Made by a program: the position numbers and the translations under genes
Notes under the pieces: generated by a model
The model's input: the letters and a program-made list of their open reading frames with translations, nothing else
What the model was told of the DNA's origin: nothing
Database searches by the model: none
Part shown: in pieces, positions 24,454 through 39,700 of the stretch
Layout: each line of letters starts with the position of its first letter
How positions within the stretch are numbered: position 1 is the stretch's first letter
NCBI GenBank assembly: GCA_964035545.1
Contig: OZ037766.1
Location: 9,352,722 to 9,416,721, forward strand
Source: Bugula neritina
Taxonomy: Eukaryota; Animalia; Bryozoa
DNA length: 64,000 nt
Direction of reading: 5' to 3'

Positions 24454-27400
24454 ATGTCTGGAGGAGATTCACCAGTCAAGAGAGAGTCACCTCTTTCAGC
24501 TGATGTAGCTAATGATAGGCCAGATGTGTTATCAGCTGCAGAGCTCGCCGAGGGAGATGTTGGCACACGTGCTATGATAACCGGTGCTAAAGCATTGAGA
24601 CGCAGTCCATCAAAAGATACTGCTTATGCTGTTGCTCTGAAGAAAGCTTTAACAAAAGACAGGCATCAAACACGATCTGGCAAAGGAAGAGGAGCACCTA
24701 AAAAGAGTAATAAAAAATGCATTATATTTACTTTTTATTCAACTCTAATTTTTCTGGCCTGTGAAGGCTCAAGATTACTAACTTTAGGTTACAAGTTTCT
24801 GCAAGCTAATTTTTATATAATTGTGGCTGGTTTGGTATGTTATCGTATGAGACACTACATCTTTTATTTAATCCAGCATTGTAGTGGGCATACTTTATTT
24901 CTACGCTTATCTTGTTGGTAATAGTGATGTTAATTGCATGTAGTTTTACTCTAAAGTCAAGACATTATTCTTCATAATGTACTGACTGTTAGGAGGTGCT
25001 GGTGGAAAAGGAGTTTGGGGAAAGCTTGGTGATGAGCTGGGAGTAGATGCTTTCACCACTGACATACATGATCCCAACTATGACTCCGATGGACAGGTTA
25101 GGGCATCTCCTAATTGTCTGAACTCTGATAGCACATGATTGAAGGTGTTGTTTAGATATCTATAAGCAAATTCATAACATCGTTACAGGTTTGGCATGTC
25201 CAAAAATTTACAAACTAGAGTTAAGTTCTAGTGCTATTTTTCAGGGGGTAATAATCATGAGACATGAGATTTTGCCAACAAAAAAAATTATTTTGACACT
25301 GAGATTTTATGTAAGTGGTAATGGTTAGTTTTGAGACAAAATGTCATCCTCTTCCCCAGACAAAATTGTTTCTTTCTAGTCTCCTTCCTGAGAGTATTTT
25401 CTCATTATTTGGCAGGATCTTTCAGTATACTTGCTTGTTTATTAATAATACAGTCGGCGCTATAATTATACCCCACTATAACAATGGTGAATCTGTGAGA
25501 CACTTTAAAGTCCAAACGAATGTATTCTAAATTGCTGACTCCAAGGTCACGATATCTGACACTTTTTACGTTGTATTTTACACTCCTATATTTTACATTT
25601 TATCAGGTTTGATACAAATTAGGTGAACAATTTTTCCACTTATGAAAAATGCTATAACACAATTTGTTTGCAATGATTAGCTTTCATAAATATTCCTTGG
25701 CTGTTGTAGGTAGTTTTAGCATAAACTTGCACAAGCTTTTTTATACACACTTGTGTAGCCTTTTTTGCTGTTATTATTTCTTGTAATGCTAATGAAATCA
25801 AAGCGTTCAGAATTTTCTCTAATATTTCTGCCTATCAAAGAAAGTAATTGCAAAAGTCCATAACTGAAAACTTAACATGCACACTAGAATTTAAATTCAA
25901 AAATTTAAACATCCTCAAGTTTAATAATGCGAGAGCAAAAGCACATTAAAGCAAAATTTTGTTTTCATTTACCTTATGCACTTGTAATGTTGTGCTGCTA
26001 TAATGTCAGTCCTGCGTAGGATCAATTAGTAAGTTCACAGAGTTGAATGAACTACTGAGCTTACTCTGCAGTCCAATTGTAATTATAGGATGAATATCGA
26101 TTGAAATCTGTTCGGCCAGAAATTACCGAAGATCAATACAAACAGTTCTTGGAAGAAATGTTCCATGAATACTTTGAGCATGGTGACACCATAGAAGTAA
26201 TCGTAAGTTGTGCTGTAATCACGTTACATGGATATTTCATGACTTGCAGCTTAATTTTACAACTAAAATATTTTTTATATATTTTTTATTGTTATTATTT
26301 TTCAACCTTCAAACTAATAATTACTCTACATTATAAATATACACTGTTAATTCTTAAATTTCACATATGCATGTGTTGTAGTAATACATCATAGGTACTA
26401 TAGAGCTTTCTGTTCTCAATATATCTCTTCTCGATAAATTTATCATTTCCACCATCATTTGTTACAATAATATGAGAGTTGAACTGTGATTGGCTGCCAA
26501 GATTAAATGTGCTACGAAGCCAACAAATCAAAAGTCTCCCAGCAAATTATAATTACAATATTCCTTCTAACATGTTCACACAGTTACCGTCTCTAGCAAA
26601 TTTTTAGAACTATAATAAGCAGTTATTTCCACGGCACTAATGTTAAAACTTTTCATGTGCTTTTCATTTCCTCTCTTGTGAATTGCCAGACTAGCGAGTA
26701 CAACTTTTCTATAATATAATATTTCTCTAACAATAAACTTCAACACCTACCTCTACTTTTGTCATTAGACTGTAGTGTGGTGGCGCCCTGCTATTCTATT
26801 GTCAGTTTTGCTTCAAATTTCATTGTTATTTTTGGTTTAATGTTTTGATATTGTATCTGTAGAATAGCTTAATTATGTCAATTTATTCCTATTATATTCA
26901 TATAATTTTCTTCCTAACTCATACTCTATATAATACATGTTTCACTTATACTGTATAGAATACCTTGACTTGGGATTAAAAGGTGAATGACCTGACTGCC
27001 CTGACATCTCACCTCCTAGTATTGATTAATCTTCATTGTTTGCACATCAAAGCTAAACTCTCTAGTATAGAGGTCATTGTGCTGATTACTTAGCCTGCTT
27101 CATGACAATGTTTGCTTTCAGGAATCAATCAAAGAGCTGAAGCTGAATGATAAGCTTCTGCAGAAGACTGTGCAGGTTCTCATCAACTTGGCCCTGGACC
27201 GCAAGGCTACAGTTCGAGAATTGTCTTCTGTACTTATATCTGATATGTATGGGAGTCTTCTCTCTCAAGATGTGATCAGCAAGAGTTTTGCTGGTATTCT
27301 GTCTGACCTCCCTGATCTCACCATTGATGCTCCCGAAGCTCCCACAGTTAGTTTCCTCTTTCACTCTGCTTATGCTTGTTTCTGAAGAGAGAGATAACTG

Positions 27401-30400
27401 ACTGAGTCATAATACTATTCAGATTTGTATTACATAGCAAGTTGTAGTTTCTTGTAAGCTTTACATGGAACTGAATGTTAAGGATGTTGTTTTCAAAAAC
27501 ATGCTGTAGATCTGTGTTCTTCCACTGCTCTTTCGCTGCTCTGATGTGACTAGTGTGTTGGTTGCAAACTCTGAGGTGTTTGTAGGTTGTGGGTCAATTC
27601 ATGGCTCGGGCAGTGGCTGACGATTGTCTTCCTCCGAAATTTGTGAGCAGCTTTAAAGGTGCAGTAGAATCATCTGAGGCCATGTGAGTACATCTTGTGT
27701 GCTCACAGTGTAGTATGTGTATGTACTATGTATATATATGTGTGTGTATGTGCGTGTGTGTGTTTTAGCAGCTGTTGTTTCACTGTGTCTATAGCTGTCA
27801 ACAAGATTGAAATAGCCAGTTGATATGTAGTTTTGTTTTCTAATTTTACTAGAGCTTACATTGAATACCCTCAAAAACATGGACATTTTTATGCTGGAAA
27901 ATGTGTCTAATAAGAATAGGATAGAGTTTTTCGTTGTGCTTGTAAAATTATGTTTAGAGGAGGTTTTCTAAAGAAATGTGTTTTTGTGTGTAAATACGTA
28001 TATTGTAAACCTCTTGTCCAGTCAGAGCACACCAGTTTTGAAAAGGGTCAGTTTTCAAATGTTTTGTTGGACGTGTACAAACTGTGCCAAATTTCAAACA
28101 TCAACCTTTACCTTGAAATGAGGACATAAACAGCCATTTTAGTAATAGAAACATCTCAACGTGGACTCACTGTATAGAGCACTTTCTGCGGCTGTGCTGC
28201 GCACTATTTATCACTTTCTGACAATCATTTTGTAAGGCATGTCTATTGTCGTATGACAATAATTACGCACACCATTTTTGACTTAATTTGAAACACCCAA
28301 GAATCAGCTTTTCAGGTAGATAAGATGCTAACTGTGCTTTTCATTAGTAGTTATCTCCTCTACAACATGCAATTCTACCTGATTTTAGCTAATAGTTCGA
28401 ATAATTAATTTGCTTATTGCATGGTTATTTTGTTTTGGTCACCTTCATCAATTTTATTTAAATTTAATGACATTTGCTCAGCTGTTTGTGAAACAACTGT
28501 AAGGGGCTCAAAGCAATCTGCTATATATTTGTGGCCAGGTTCATTTATTCTTGAATCCCTTCAGGGTGGCCCTGGAGAAGGCTGAAGTTTTGCTCAGTCT
28601 GAAGCACGGAATTGTGCGCCTGGATAACGTATGGGGCGTTGGAGGAGGAATTCGTCCAGTCAAAACTTTGATAAAAAAAGTAAAGCACTTGACCTGACTA
28701 TAGAACTGTTATATCTACTAATAGTTGTTTTTGGTGCAGGGCATTAGATAGGGCTCTGCATTACACTGTGCCTTACAGGTCTTTGGTTTAGGTGAACAAT
28801 TTTGCAATGCATAAACAACATGCCTTTAAGGTGTTGCAAATGCCACCATAACCTTTAACCATGCAAATTATATCCTGCCTATATTCCAGTAGGAATTGTC
28901 ACGCCGTCGTCAAGTCTCATGCTTTAATCACTTTTATGTAAAACTTTTCTTATTAAAAGTATGCTTGACACCGTTGTAATTGGTTAGTGAAAGTAATAAT
29001 TTGATAATAATAAAGTAATAGTTTTCCATTATATTTTATAGCGTTTTTATTTTATTATATTTGAGCTGTAAAATGTTTAAGATAACTTCAAATAACATGA
29101 TGAATATCTTATATAAATGAGTTGTTTAACAGTGACTACTACTTCAACTAATTTGTAGATGATACTGTTGCTCAAGGAGTATTTGTCCTCAGGTGATGTA
29201 AAGGAAGCCATCAGGTGTCTGCTTGACCTGGAAGTGCCTCATTTTCATCATGAACTGGTCTATGAGGTTGGAAATCAGTTATTACTGTGGCTAGAACTTT
29301 ACTTGAAATATTTATATATTTATATGCATGAAACTACAGCTCTGGATAAATGATTAGTGAGTGTGATGTTTGCAATTTAGTCACAGGCCATAAGATCTGC
29401 ATTTGCTCTACATAATAACTCAACTCATTACATGAGCTATTATAATGCAATCTGTTGTTGCATTTCGTTTTACATCTTGTAATATATACTTAGAATCAGC
29501 ACATAAAGTTACCTTATATAGTAAATGTAATGAATTTTGCGAAAACTTTAAATTTTGGTCCTAATTTGGTGATATGTACTAAATAAAGTAAATTGACCCA
29601 AATTTCGTTATATCTATAGTATATTCCAAATAGTCTACATTATACTATGTTTTGTAAAGTTAATAATTCTGTGAATTGTGTTAGATTTGTTCGTACAGTG
29701 CGAAGCTTTATTTACAGTTGCTCATTCTGGTAATTGAATCTGGCAAGGAGAACACCTCTACTGCCATGTCTATGCTCCTTAAGGCTCTGTGTGAAGCCTG
29801 TTACATAACAACCGACCAGATGACTCAAGGCTTTGTTCGAGTTCTCGACAATCTCTCCGACATTCAACTTGACTCCCCCCAAGCATTCGCCACGTTTGAT
29901 AACTTTGCTGATGTCTGCTTTAATCAAGGTTTTCTACCCAACCGTGTGCTGAAAGAGCTGCCGGGCAGGTTAGACTGCAGTCTTCAAGATAATATAATGT
30001 CTAAGAGAATTACCTAATTGTGTGCTTGTAGGACTTAGTTATTTGCAGAAATACACATCTTCAAATTTCTCTAATTTTCAACTGTTGGACATTTCAATGG
30101 ATATATACTAAAACTAACACTGTGCCATGTAAATTGAATGCCCTTGCCTTCCTCGAAGTCCTGAATTCTGCATTAAGCAAAACATTAAAGTCTTAAAATA
30201 TACAACCAATTTTTTCCAAGCAGTTAAAAATCATCACAAATTTTTATTTGCCATTTTCGCCGTCTATGTATCAGAGCGACTATTTTGTAATTCATGTTGT
30301 GTTGCACTTTATTTATACAGTAAAAAACGTTGCCATGGCAAATTGCAAGTATTCATGTTTTAGAGGTCGAAAGAGATATGTTTCTGAAGGAGATGGTGGA

Positions 30401-30442
30401 CGCCTCAAAGAGAATGGCAGAAATGGTCATATTAGTAGTTAG
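24454..30442 (+). CDS. PDCD4: Programmed cell death protein 4 (two MA3 domains, eIF4A inhibitor)
   Basis: RSGKGRGAPKKRGAGGKGVWGK, DPNYDSD, EYFEHGD, DLPDLTIDAPEAP, GQFMARAVADDCLPP, DNVWGVGGGIRPVK, LLLKEYLSSGD..LEVPHFHHELVYE and GRKRYVSEGDGGRLK, joined by consistent GT-AG introns. Confidence 0.96.
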
Positions 30443-31698
30443 GCTGTATGGTGTGGCGGATATTTGTGACTTAACTGTAAGTATTTTACTATTTCGAGTT
30501 TTGATGTTAACAAGTTGAAGTGCCTGAATAATGGCGTTTGATTGCTATTCGAGTTTTGAGTAATTTGACTTTAAAGTTATTACATGATTTTGATGATCAT
30601 TGAAGGTATGCATTTCATGCAGCACTGTTGTCTTACTTGCTTTCATCATGTGGTGAATTTAGATCAATTACTTCATAGTTTTATATTTATATGCTTCATG
30701 AATTTATGAAATGTTTGCAAGTTAGAATTTAACCCTCATTTTGCTATTTTTATTCAATTTTAGCCCATCGAAGATATAATTGAAGAAACCAATAAATATC
30801 TCACAACTTAGAGCCAAGTATAAATATCTGTAACATTCTTATTATCCTCTACAGCTCTGCCTGCAGTGTGTGCAAGGAAACTTTGCATCTTACTAACTTT
30901 GAATGTATTCGTATCTCTATTTCTAATTGGTGTATTTTCATGTAATTTTGTGAACTAAGCGTATAGAACATGTTCTATGTAAATATTGTCTTTTTACATA
31001 CCTTTTAAAATTCGGTCAGTATATATAATGAAATATCTTATTGTTCTATAATATTTTGATTGAGTGTTTTCAGAATTTACCAATTCTGGTAGTGTATGTT
31101 TTGTCTAGCAAAAATGGGCATGTTGATTCCAAGCACATACATTTGTTTACATGTAAATATTTACAAATAAATATATGCATTGTTAACAAAATATTAACCA
31201 TTTAATTTTTTAAAATTCCTAAGCAAACTAAAAATCAACTACAAGGGCTCTATAGCATATTTTGAGCAAGATGAATAAACTTCTTTAAAGTAAAGATGTG
31301 CTGAAACCATTCATGCTTTGTATTTTGCTATCTGTTTTACAAATGTATAATGTAATACATAATTGTTTGTAATTTCGATGGAGGGTGATAGTGAGATCTG
31401 GCATTGATCCGATTAAACTGTAGCCCCGAGAGAATTTTAGCCAACACTATTTTCACATCACTGTGAGAATGGGATTGATTGCCTATGCCACTTGTGCCCT
31501 TAATGTTGAGCATTAATGTATTGATTGCAACCTTCAAATAATCCTACACAGCTCTTTCGGATGCCATAACGAACTGCTCATGAATGTTTTCACTAGTCAG
31601 CAACTTGGAGCAATAGGGTTGAGTTGGCTACTACAAGTCGCTCTAAGAAATTTATTTGTTGTGTGTAGTATATTTTAACCTTAGCAAAAATTATCAAC

Positions 31699-34600
31699 AT
31701 GGGAAATAAAAAATCAAAAAGAACAGAAATTAATAGAGAAGAATTGGAATACCTTCTACAAACCACCAACATTACTTCAAGGGAAATCAAGCACTGGCAT
31801 AAAATATATATGGTGAGTCTGTAGCAACTGCTTGCAAATAGTATTTCACAGTAACATATAATCATCACCATGTGATGTAACAACACCAAAGTGTGTTGAA
31901 GCTACACAAAAGCTGTTTTTGGCTTGTCAGCTTGCTCATGTATGTATGCTTAGTAATGTCATAGTAACAGCTGCATACTTCCTAATGCTAGCAGTTTATG
32001 CATGACATACTAATTTGTCCAGCAGTTTTACAACCGTTGTGGCTGATTTTTGAGTATAACGTCAGTTAATTTTAAGCTTTAGGTAATTGGCAAAACACTC
32101 CAGTAACCAAAGAAACCATAAATATATAATGCATTTTAATGGGAACGCAGATAAAAACCTCACCAGTAAATTAATGAAACAAATGTAATTTTTGGTGAAG
32201 CTGCCTGTGAGGTGAATTTATTTAATTTCTTTGTGGGTTTCAACTACTTTTGTCATTTTTAAAATATATACTTGAAAAATATAAAAAATTATTATGAATT
32301 GAATTTCTGCATACTATATTATTTTTCACATGAATAGGAAAATATGATATTTATGTTATATATATGTATATATGCATGGTAAATATTTACTAATCCCTTT
32401 TGCTGTCCATATATTTTGTGTGAGAATAGATATGAGAAATAATAGATGTACAATAATTTTATTGATAAAGCATTGCATTGTACTATATACCCCATAACTG
32501 TTATCTCGTATAATATAGTATTGTATGGTGCGCTTTGCAAGTCTGCTTATATAATTATTGGTGACTTAGCTTAGCCCATTAATAGAAAGTAATTAATTCT
32601 ATAATACTATGATCGATGTCAACTTATTATGGCCAGCTGCCATTCCTACAAGCTATTTTCAAAAACTATAACTATAACATAGTCAAACCTTTCAATATTG
32701 AATTGATACACATTTACATTATCATTTAAAATTTATTCATGAGCAGAATTTATTTTGACTGTGTAATATACAGAATGCGCTTAAAAATATTCCGATTGAG
32801 CACTTACGCTTCTCAAGTAACCACTTGTAAAAGATTTAGTACTTTTTCCATTCCAAATTGCCATTCTCTTATAAGTCATTCTAAAGTCACTGATTATAAG
32901 ATTCAATCAATACAGATTACTGAATGCAAGAATGCTTACTTTCCATATCATTTAATACACTAATTGTACTTATATATATTTTATGCATATATAATATCTC
33001 ATTAATACTCAGGCAGGTCAAATAAACAATACACAAATATTATACAGTATAGAACAGAATATGAGTAATATAGTTATTTGTAAAATGTGTTTTGGTTGAC
33101 AGAAAGAGTGCCCTGATGGTAGACTGACCAAAGAGCAGTTTTGCAAACTGTATGCCGATATATCACCAGGCAGACAGAAGAGCCCTCTGTATGAACACAT
33201 ATTTAGAACTTATGACCAAGACAGTAGTGGTCACATTGACTTCAAAGAGTTCATAGAGGTTTGTGGCAAAAGTAGTTTTCTGCTGCCAATTGTATTTTTC
33301 GCAACATTAGGAAGCGTATAAACTACTGGTTCTAACCAACCCGTGTTCTGTAAATATATATTAAATGTGAACATCTAAAAAAAGCTGCTTTTGAGTAATT
33401 TGTTGACCTTGACTACAAGATAGGACAATTTTTCTGCCAACAATACTATTTTTGCACTCATCTATTATGCTAGGTTAATTAGTAAATATCAAGCTTCTTA
33501 GTTATAGGTGGCAGAAGACCTTTAATTTATCCAAAATCTATAGAAAGTAATTAAAAGTATATATTGATGACCACGAATTTGATGAACAGATGCATGCTAT
33601 TATCAAATCTTGCATATGCTGCTATACTTTTAAGTAAACCTAGGTTTATTTGGATTTAAATGTTAAATATTTTTCAACCTCAAAAATCTTAAGTAACAAA
33701 TACTTCCACGTGGAAATGTGGTATTAAAATATTTTATAATGCTTCTCTCTTAGATAGTAAATAACACTATAGTATATACTAGATTTTCATATCATAGTAA
33801 CTTCAAGTGTTAATTTAGATATAAATATACGCCTTAAATGATATTTTCTGTGATGCTATTATATTATTAGCGTGTAAACAAGTTTTTGATCAAAAATAAA
33901 ATGCTTGGTTGATATAACGTTTCTATAATGACTGATCCTCTCTAGTTCTTGTGTCATTGAAAAACCAGTTTTTCTCAACTCCTTGATTACTGTATCTCAA
34001 AACTGTTAAATGTTAAATGTTATAGAATCCATCATCTTATATCATCTAAGCAACACCCAGCCAGTTAATCCTTTATTATCACTACACTATAATATATGCC
34101 CCGTGGCTCCTGTTGACTTTCGAATTTTCACAAGTTAAACCAGATATAAACCAATTTTGAAAGCTACATACAATGAAACTTGTGCAAGATATTTAACGCT
34201 AATGTGATAAAATGAGATTTGTTTTGTTCAAAATTAATTTCTTTCAACCAACAAATGATGGCAATTGTTATATGATATTGAGATTTATTCAAACTACAAC
34301 TTGCCGCCATATAAAAATTGCATACTGTTTATTCCCCAATTATTTTTGCTCATCACTGCACATTTAGTTTCAAATATCCTTATTTCTTTATAATATTGAC
34401 AAAGTAGCTAATTGAGCAGAGTTTTATCTTGTCAAATTATAAATATTTACAAGTAAGCACTGATGTACTTTAAAATACTGGTTTGACACAATGGTGGCTC
34501 AACCCCACATTGCCACCAGCATCTGCATAACCATACAGCTGCACTATTTTACTATATAGTCAAAAAGTGGAATTGGTTAACTACATGATATTATTTTATT

Positions 34601-36036
34601 AGCCTCTGCTAATAATAACTTTAACTGCAGAACTTTCCACTTCCTATATTGTAGGCTATTAACATAACTCGGTCAACTAAGCCTGAAGACAAATTAAGAA
34701 TGGCTTTTAGACTTTATGATATTGACCAGAATGGGTGCATAGAAGAAAAGGAAATGGTGGAAGTGATGAGGGTATGTAGCCACATATAACTTAAATTTGT
34801 TTGTCTTAATCAACTGAACTCAACAAAACCAGAGGTTTATTTAAACTCTAAAAACTAAATTTGTGTGAAGCATCTATTGCTTTTACCTTCACCATAGTAG
34901 TTTCCATAATTACTCTAGTGTTTTACTGACTAAAAAAGTTGTATATGATTATTGACTTGTGATTTTTCAGCTGTATCAATTAAGGTTTAAGCTGTTATTT
35001 TATTGTTAAAACATACCAGTTATGGAGTTTCTTACCTATAGAAAATATAAGCTAAGTTAGTATATATGAAATTCGGTGTGTGCTGCTGGTACCAAAACCA
35101 ACATAAATTATGCTATGCTATGCATGTCTGTAGGACAGTCTTAATAAACTTATTACTGTATATAGGATTTATACATTCACTCCAAAGATCCATTTCATAG
35201 TTCAGATTTGAAGGTAAAGATAATATTTTTTACAAGTTGATCCCAAGGTTGAGTCATGACCATTGTATTTTATTTGCTTATAGTTTTTGAAATAAATGTT
35301 TTTCTTTATAGTTTACATTGTGTGAAAATTCTACTATTGTGTTCCACATTAACAAACAACTAAAACCAATCATCCTATATAACATGTTCAATGAATATAA
35401 ACAATAAAAAGCATATATTTTATTGTATTATCATATAATAGCTTATAAGTATTTCAAATAAATCTTTACTATTTGCAAAATCTTGGCTGTAGTTGATTTT
35501 GCTATGCTAATTTATTTGGCCTGGGCCAGTTTTTCTGGCTTACATCAATTATTTTTATAATAATCAGTTTTCTAATTCAATTATCGGTTTATTCTCCCAG
35601 CTGTAACCGCAATGATTCAGGCATGCATCAAATTTTCAAATACAAATAATTGTTTAAGCGAGGTAAAATGTGTTATCAGTTCAATTAATTGTGATCCATC
35701 TCATAGCTAAATATTGTGACTTCTATCAAATTTTATATCAACTGTGCGCTATATATATTTAATGTGCTTGACTTTTTGATGCCGACATCTTCTTTCCAAA
35801 ATTTGAAAAGATGATTTACGTTTCAGGCGCTACACATGATGGCAGGTGAAGATAGCAAGCAAGTAACTGTAGATGAGAAAATCAGGTCAAGAGCCAGGCA
35901 TGTATTTGACCAGGTAGACAAAAACCACGATGGCCAAGTGACTGTAGACGAGTTGGTGAATGTGTGCATGAGAAACCCGGACATCTACAACATGATCATA
36001 AGCTCTACCAAGAGCCCACCAACTAAGAAGTCATAG
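31699..36036 (+). CDS. Neuronal calcium sensor (NCS/hippocalcin/recoverin family) EF-hand protein, 4 coding exons
   Basis: N-myristoylation start MGNKKS; family motif [13 protein letters not shown]; EF loops [24 protein letters not shown] and [12 protein letters not shown]; [13 protein letters not shown]. Confidence 0.9.
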
Positions 36037-36709
36037 CATGTAGCAATCCATGAGATATTACTTAGTTGAATGCAAAATGTACAAATATCAAAGAAATTAT
36101 ATTATGTTTATCGAGTTTCAAAAGCATTTATTAAATAATTGATTATTGAGACTTGAGAGCGTTAAATACCAGCAAACACAACATTGCCAGAATGCTTCAC
36201 TTTTTGCATCATGAGAAATAATGTTAGAATATTGATTATAGTAATGAAAAACACACTGATTTAGCAAGAGCAACTATCTAGTAAGATTTAACACAAAGCA
36301 CAGTTATCTGTTATATTACCAAAAATGGTAAGGTATATCTGATTATCATAATGTGAGTAATGTATAAATCAAATTGCTTATAATTGCTATATTACAATAA
36401 GTGATAAATAAATGAGTGAGGAAGCTAAACCTGGAAGACTAAACTTCAGTTAGTGAAAATGAATTTCAGTTGCCACCCAATATATGGTGAGACATAAAAG
36501 CACCCTTATATGTAGCCTAATTTTTCAATGTGCAAAGTCGAGATGAACTGGTTTAAATTATCAAAACACTAATGCAATAATTACTAATACTGTGAGCAGC
36601 CAAAATATATTATAATTTTAAATAGAGCAGCGAAAATCTGCAACTCAAATGAAATAATTCCATGTCCTAACAGAAATTACTAGCTTAAAAAATTTAGACA
36701 ATGTCAGAA

Positions 36710-39700
36710 CTAAATGACAATTTTCCAACATCTGGCAGCGGTCATCAATATTCGTTGTAGCTTGTGTTCATCCGCAACCTTTTGGCCATATTCTTGAGAA
36801 CATAGCGGTGCCCCCATGCTGACTGTAACAAAAAGACGTCTTTGATTTACCAAAACATCAGATAATTCTCCAGTGTGTTACCAATAAATTCTTGCACAAA
36901 ACATATATACAGGCTAATAAAAAGCTTACCACAAACTTAGCAATATAGAAAAGAGTGTTAGCAGACTTGCACTAATTTAAGGACAACTATAATAATGCAA
37001 TTGGTTGGCCTAAAAGTAGGCAAGAGATTATATGACTGAAAAATGGAATGTCTAACATTCAGGAATACAGTAGTAGTTTACTCAAATAGCTAGCATAGTA
37101 CCTTGAAAACTGTTGTAGTAATAAAAAGTTAAATGAATTCACAAATGTATCGTTTTACTTTTTGGCATTGTGCAGGGAAACTGCACAGGGTGCTTCTAAT
37201 GTATTTACTATATCAATAATATATTATTTACAAAATAAAATTGAATACATCTTTAAAACTTTCCCCTTAGCCAAAAAATCTGTAAACTCTAGAAAATAAA
37301 CCAATCAGCTTTGAAAACAGAAAGACATTTTGAATGCTGCACCAATTTGAGATATACTAAACTTGGCATACAAACTGACTTTACCTTGATAGTTTCTGTG
37401 GTCCATAGCTGACTCTTCCGTCTTCCTGGCAGAACAGTGAAATTCTTTGGCAGAAGTTTGCTCAAGTATTCTTTCTATATTCCTTTCATTGATACCCCCA
37501 CCTGGTGAAACATATAATTATATGGACATGAGCACAGTCTCCTAGTACTAATAACATTGGAATTAGATGACCTCACAGTTGTTTAACTAGAGCATGACGT
37601 ACAGAGTTAATAATTAATGTAAATATAACAGGAGCAACTAATATCTGGCTAGAACAATAACCTAATATTTTCAAGGCCAAGTTTCTCTAGGGTGCAGCGG
37701 GTTGTTATGTGTTGGCAGTGAACAGCCCAAATCCACATTATAATAATTATTGTGATGGAGCTAGGCTAGCAGAAATTCAGAAATAATCAATTGGCTCCCA
37801 GTGCTTGTAGCAACCAATTATTGGTTATATATTACAGTAGCTAATTCTAGTTGGGGCCAATTTGAGTTTTCCAGGGACAGAATCATTTTCTCACCTTCAT
37901 ATGGAAAGCCTGAATGCACTTATATAACTACACAACACATCAAGTACCAAGTCTTTACAATTTTAAGAAAAATAATTAATTGAATTTTGCAAGTGTGTAA
38001 ATAGTATTGGACAGCTTAAAACAGTTTTAATAGTTGAATCATTGTTAGTGTCACAAGCAAACAGAATATACTGATCACATTACACTCACCTGGTATAATA
38101 ATTACTCTATCATTTGCCTACAAACATAACAACAGTATGATGATACGATTCGAGAGAAACAGCTCCATTAAGGAGTGAGTTGGGGATATCCTTTCTAAAC
38201 CACAGTCATGACTCAACAAAACCATACCAGAAGCATAATAATTCATTTTACAAATTCATGTGAAATAATGAGGACGTATAATATTGTTAAAATAACAGAA
38301 ACTAAATACAACTGAATAAACTAATATACTTCAAGAAAATATTTTGAAATTAAATAACTTGAGAACCTCAAATATCACAAGTCAAGCAAAAACAGTAGCA
38401 CTTAACTTAACAACGCAAAGAAGGACAAGCAATGACTCACCAACTCAATACACTTCTTGATCACCAGCGTGCCTTCCAGCGCCGAGCTATCCAGTCCACT
38501 GGTTAGTATTCTCTCAAAACCCAGACTTACAATATCTTCCAATGCCTTCTGGTAATCATTGGTCATGTCAAATGCTATAACAACACAAACTATTCCATGA
38601 AATAATATGCAAAGATAATTTAGTAAAATATCAATAGTAGCCTAATGCTCTTTATATAACTAGTAAAATAAAATACTTTTATCCACATGCACAGCAAAGG
38701 TAAAAAACCTGTCAGAAATAAAATATTGGTTGCTGGGTAGTATATACTGTGTTGAAAAATAAAATGCATGAATAACCAACATGATATCTGCAATAACGAA
38801 ATAAAATACCATGCTAAATGTCGCCCACTACTAATTTATAAGATTTATAGATACTTTTGACAGATTTTATGATGCAAGTGTTTATAAGCACCAAACCCTA
38901 CATATAATGAGGAGCAGTAAATACATACCCCTATGAAAAGTCACCTTGATTGTTGGAACTCGGTCTTTAGCTAAGGCTAAAACCACAAACAGATAACAAG
39001 TCACTACTATAACAACACTGCAGCTAAGATTAATATGAATTTAGTATGAAGACTATAATATAATGCAACAAGTCTGAAAGTGATAATAAATTAGGCCCTT
39101 GCATACATTTATTAGAATAACTTACCAGCGAGCTCTGCACATCTTTCAGAATCTACTGATCCATCTCTAAATATAAATATTAAGGAAGATAACATGAAAT
39201 GAGTATATCAGTATGAGGGTGGTTTTGTAAAGGATACAGTGTATTGAAGATACTTACTGCTTACAAATATATAAGCTGAGCAGATACATACACACAAGGC
39301 TAATAGTAGGCTTGTAAGACTGATATCATGACTACTACTACTACTACTACTACTAAATAGACAGAGTCCCTTTGTTATCAGCAGTCAATAATTACACTAA
39401 TGGTAATGTGCAGTAGTACATGGAACTGCTAATTTGAAATCTCCATGAATAAGCAATGATTCAACTGGTTTGTTAAAATAAAAAAAAGACATGGAAGAGT
39501 GAAATTTTTTTGCTAACTAAATGACTGCTAGTTCATATTTCAAATTTCAAAAAATTATCAATTTAAAAAAAAAACTATGGAGTAACACTTGCAACTTGAA
39601 ATGGAACGTACTTTTTGAGTATTCCAATAACTATTCCATCAATTCCTCCTTCACACATTGCGATGACATCCATTTTCATCACTTGAAACTCTTCATCGGT

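Noticed and set aside
27780-28190. Possible Tc1/mariner-type MITE in a PDCD4 intron
   Set aside because: Only the right end (CTCACTGTATA) looks like a terminus; the left end is too degenerate to support a call.
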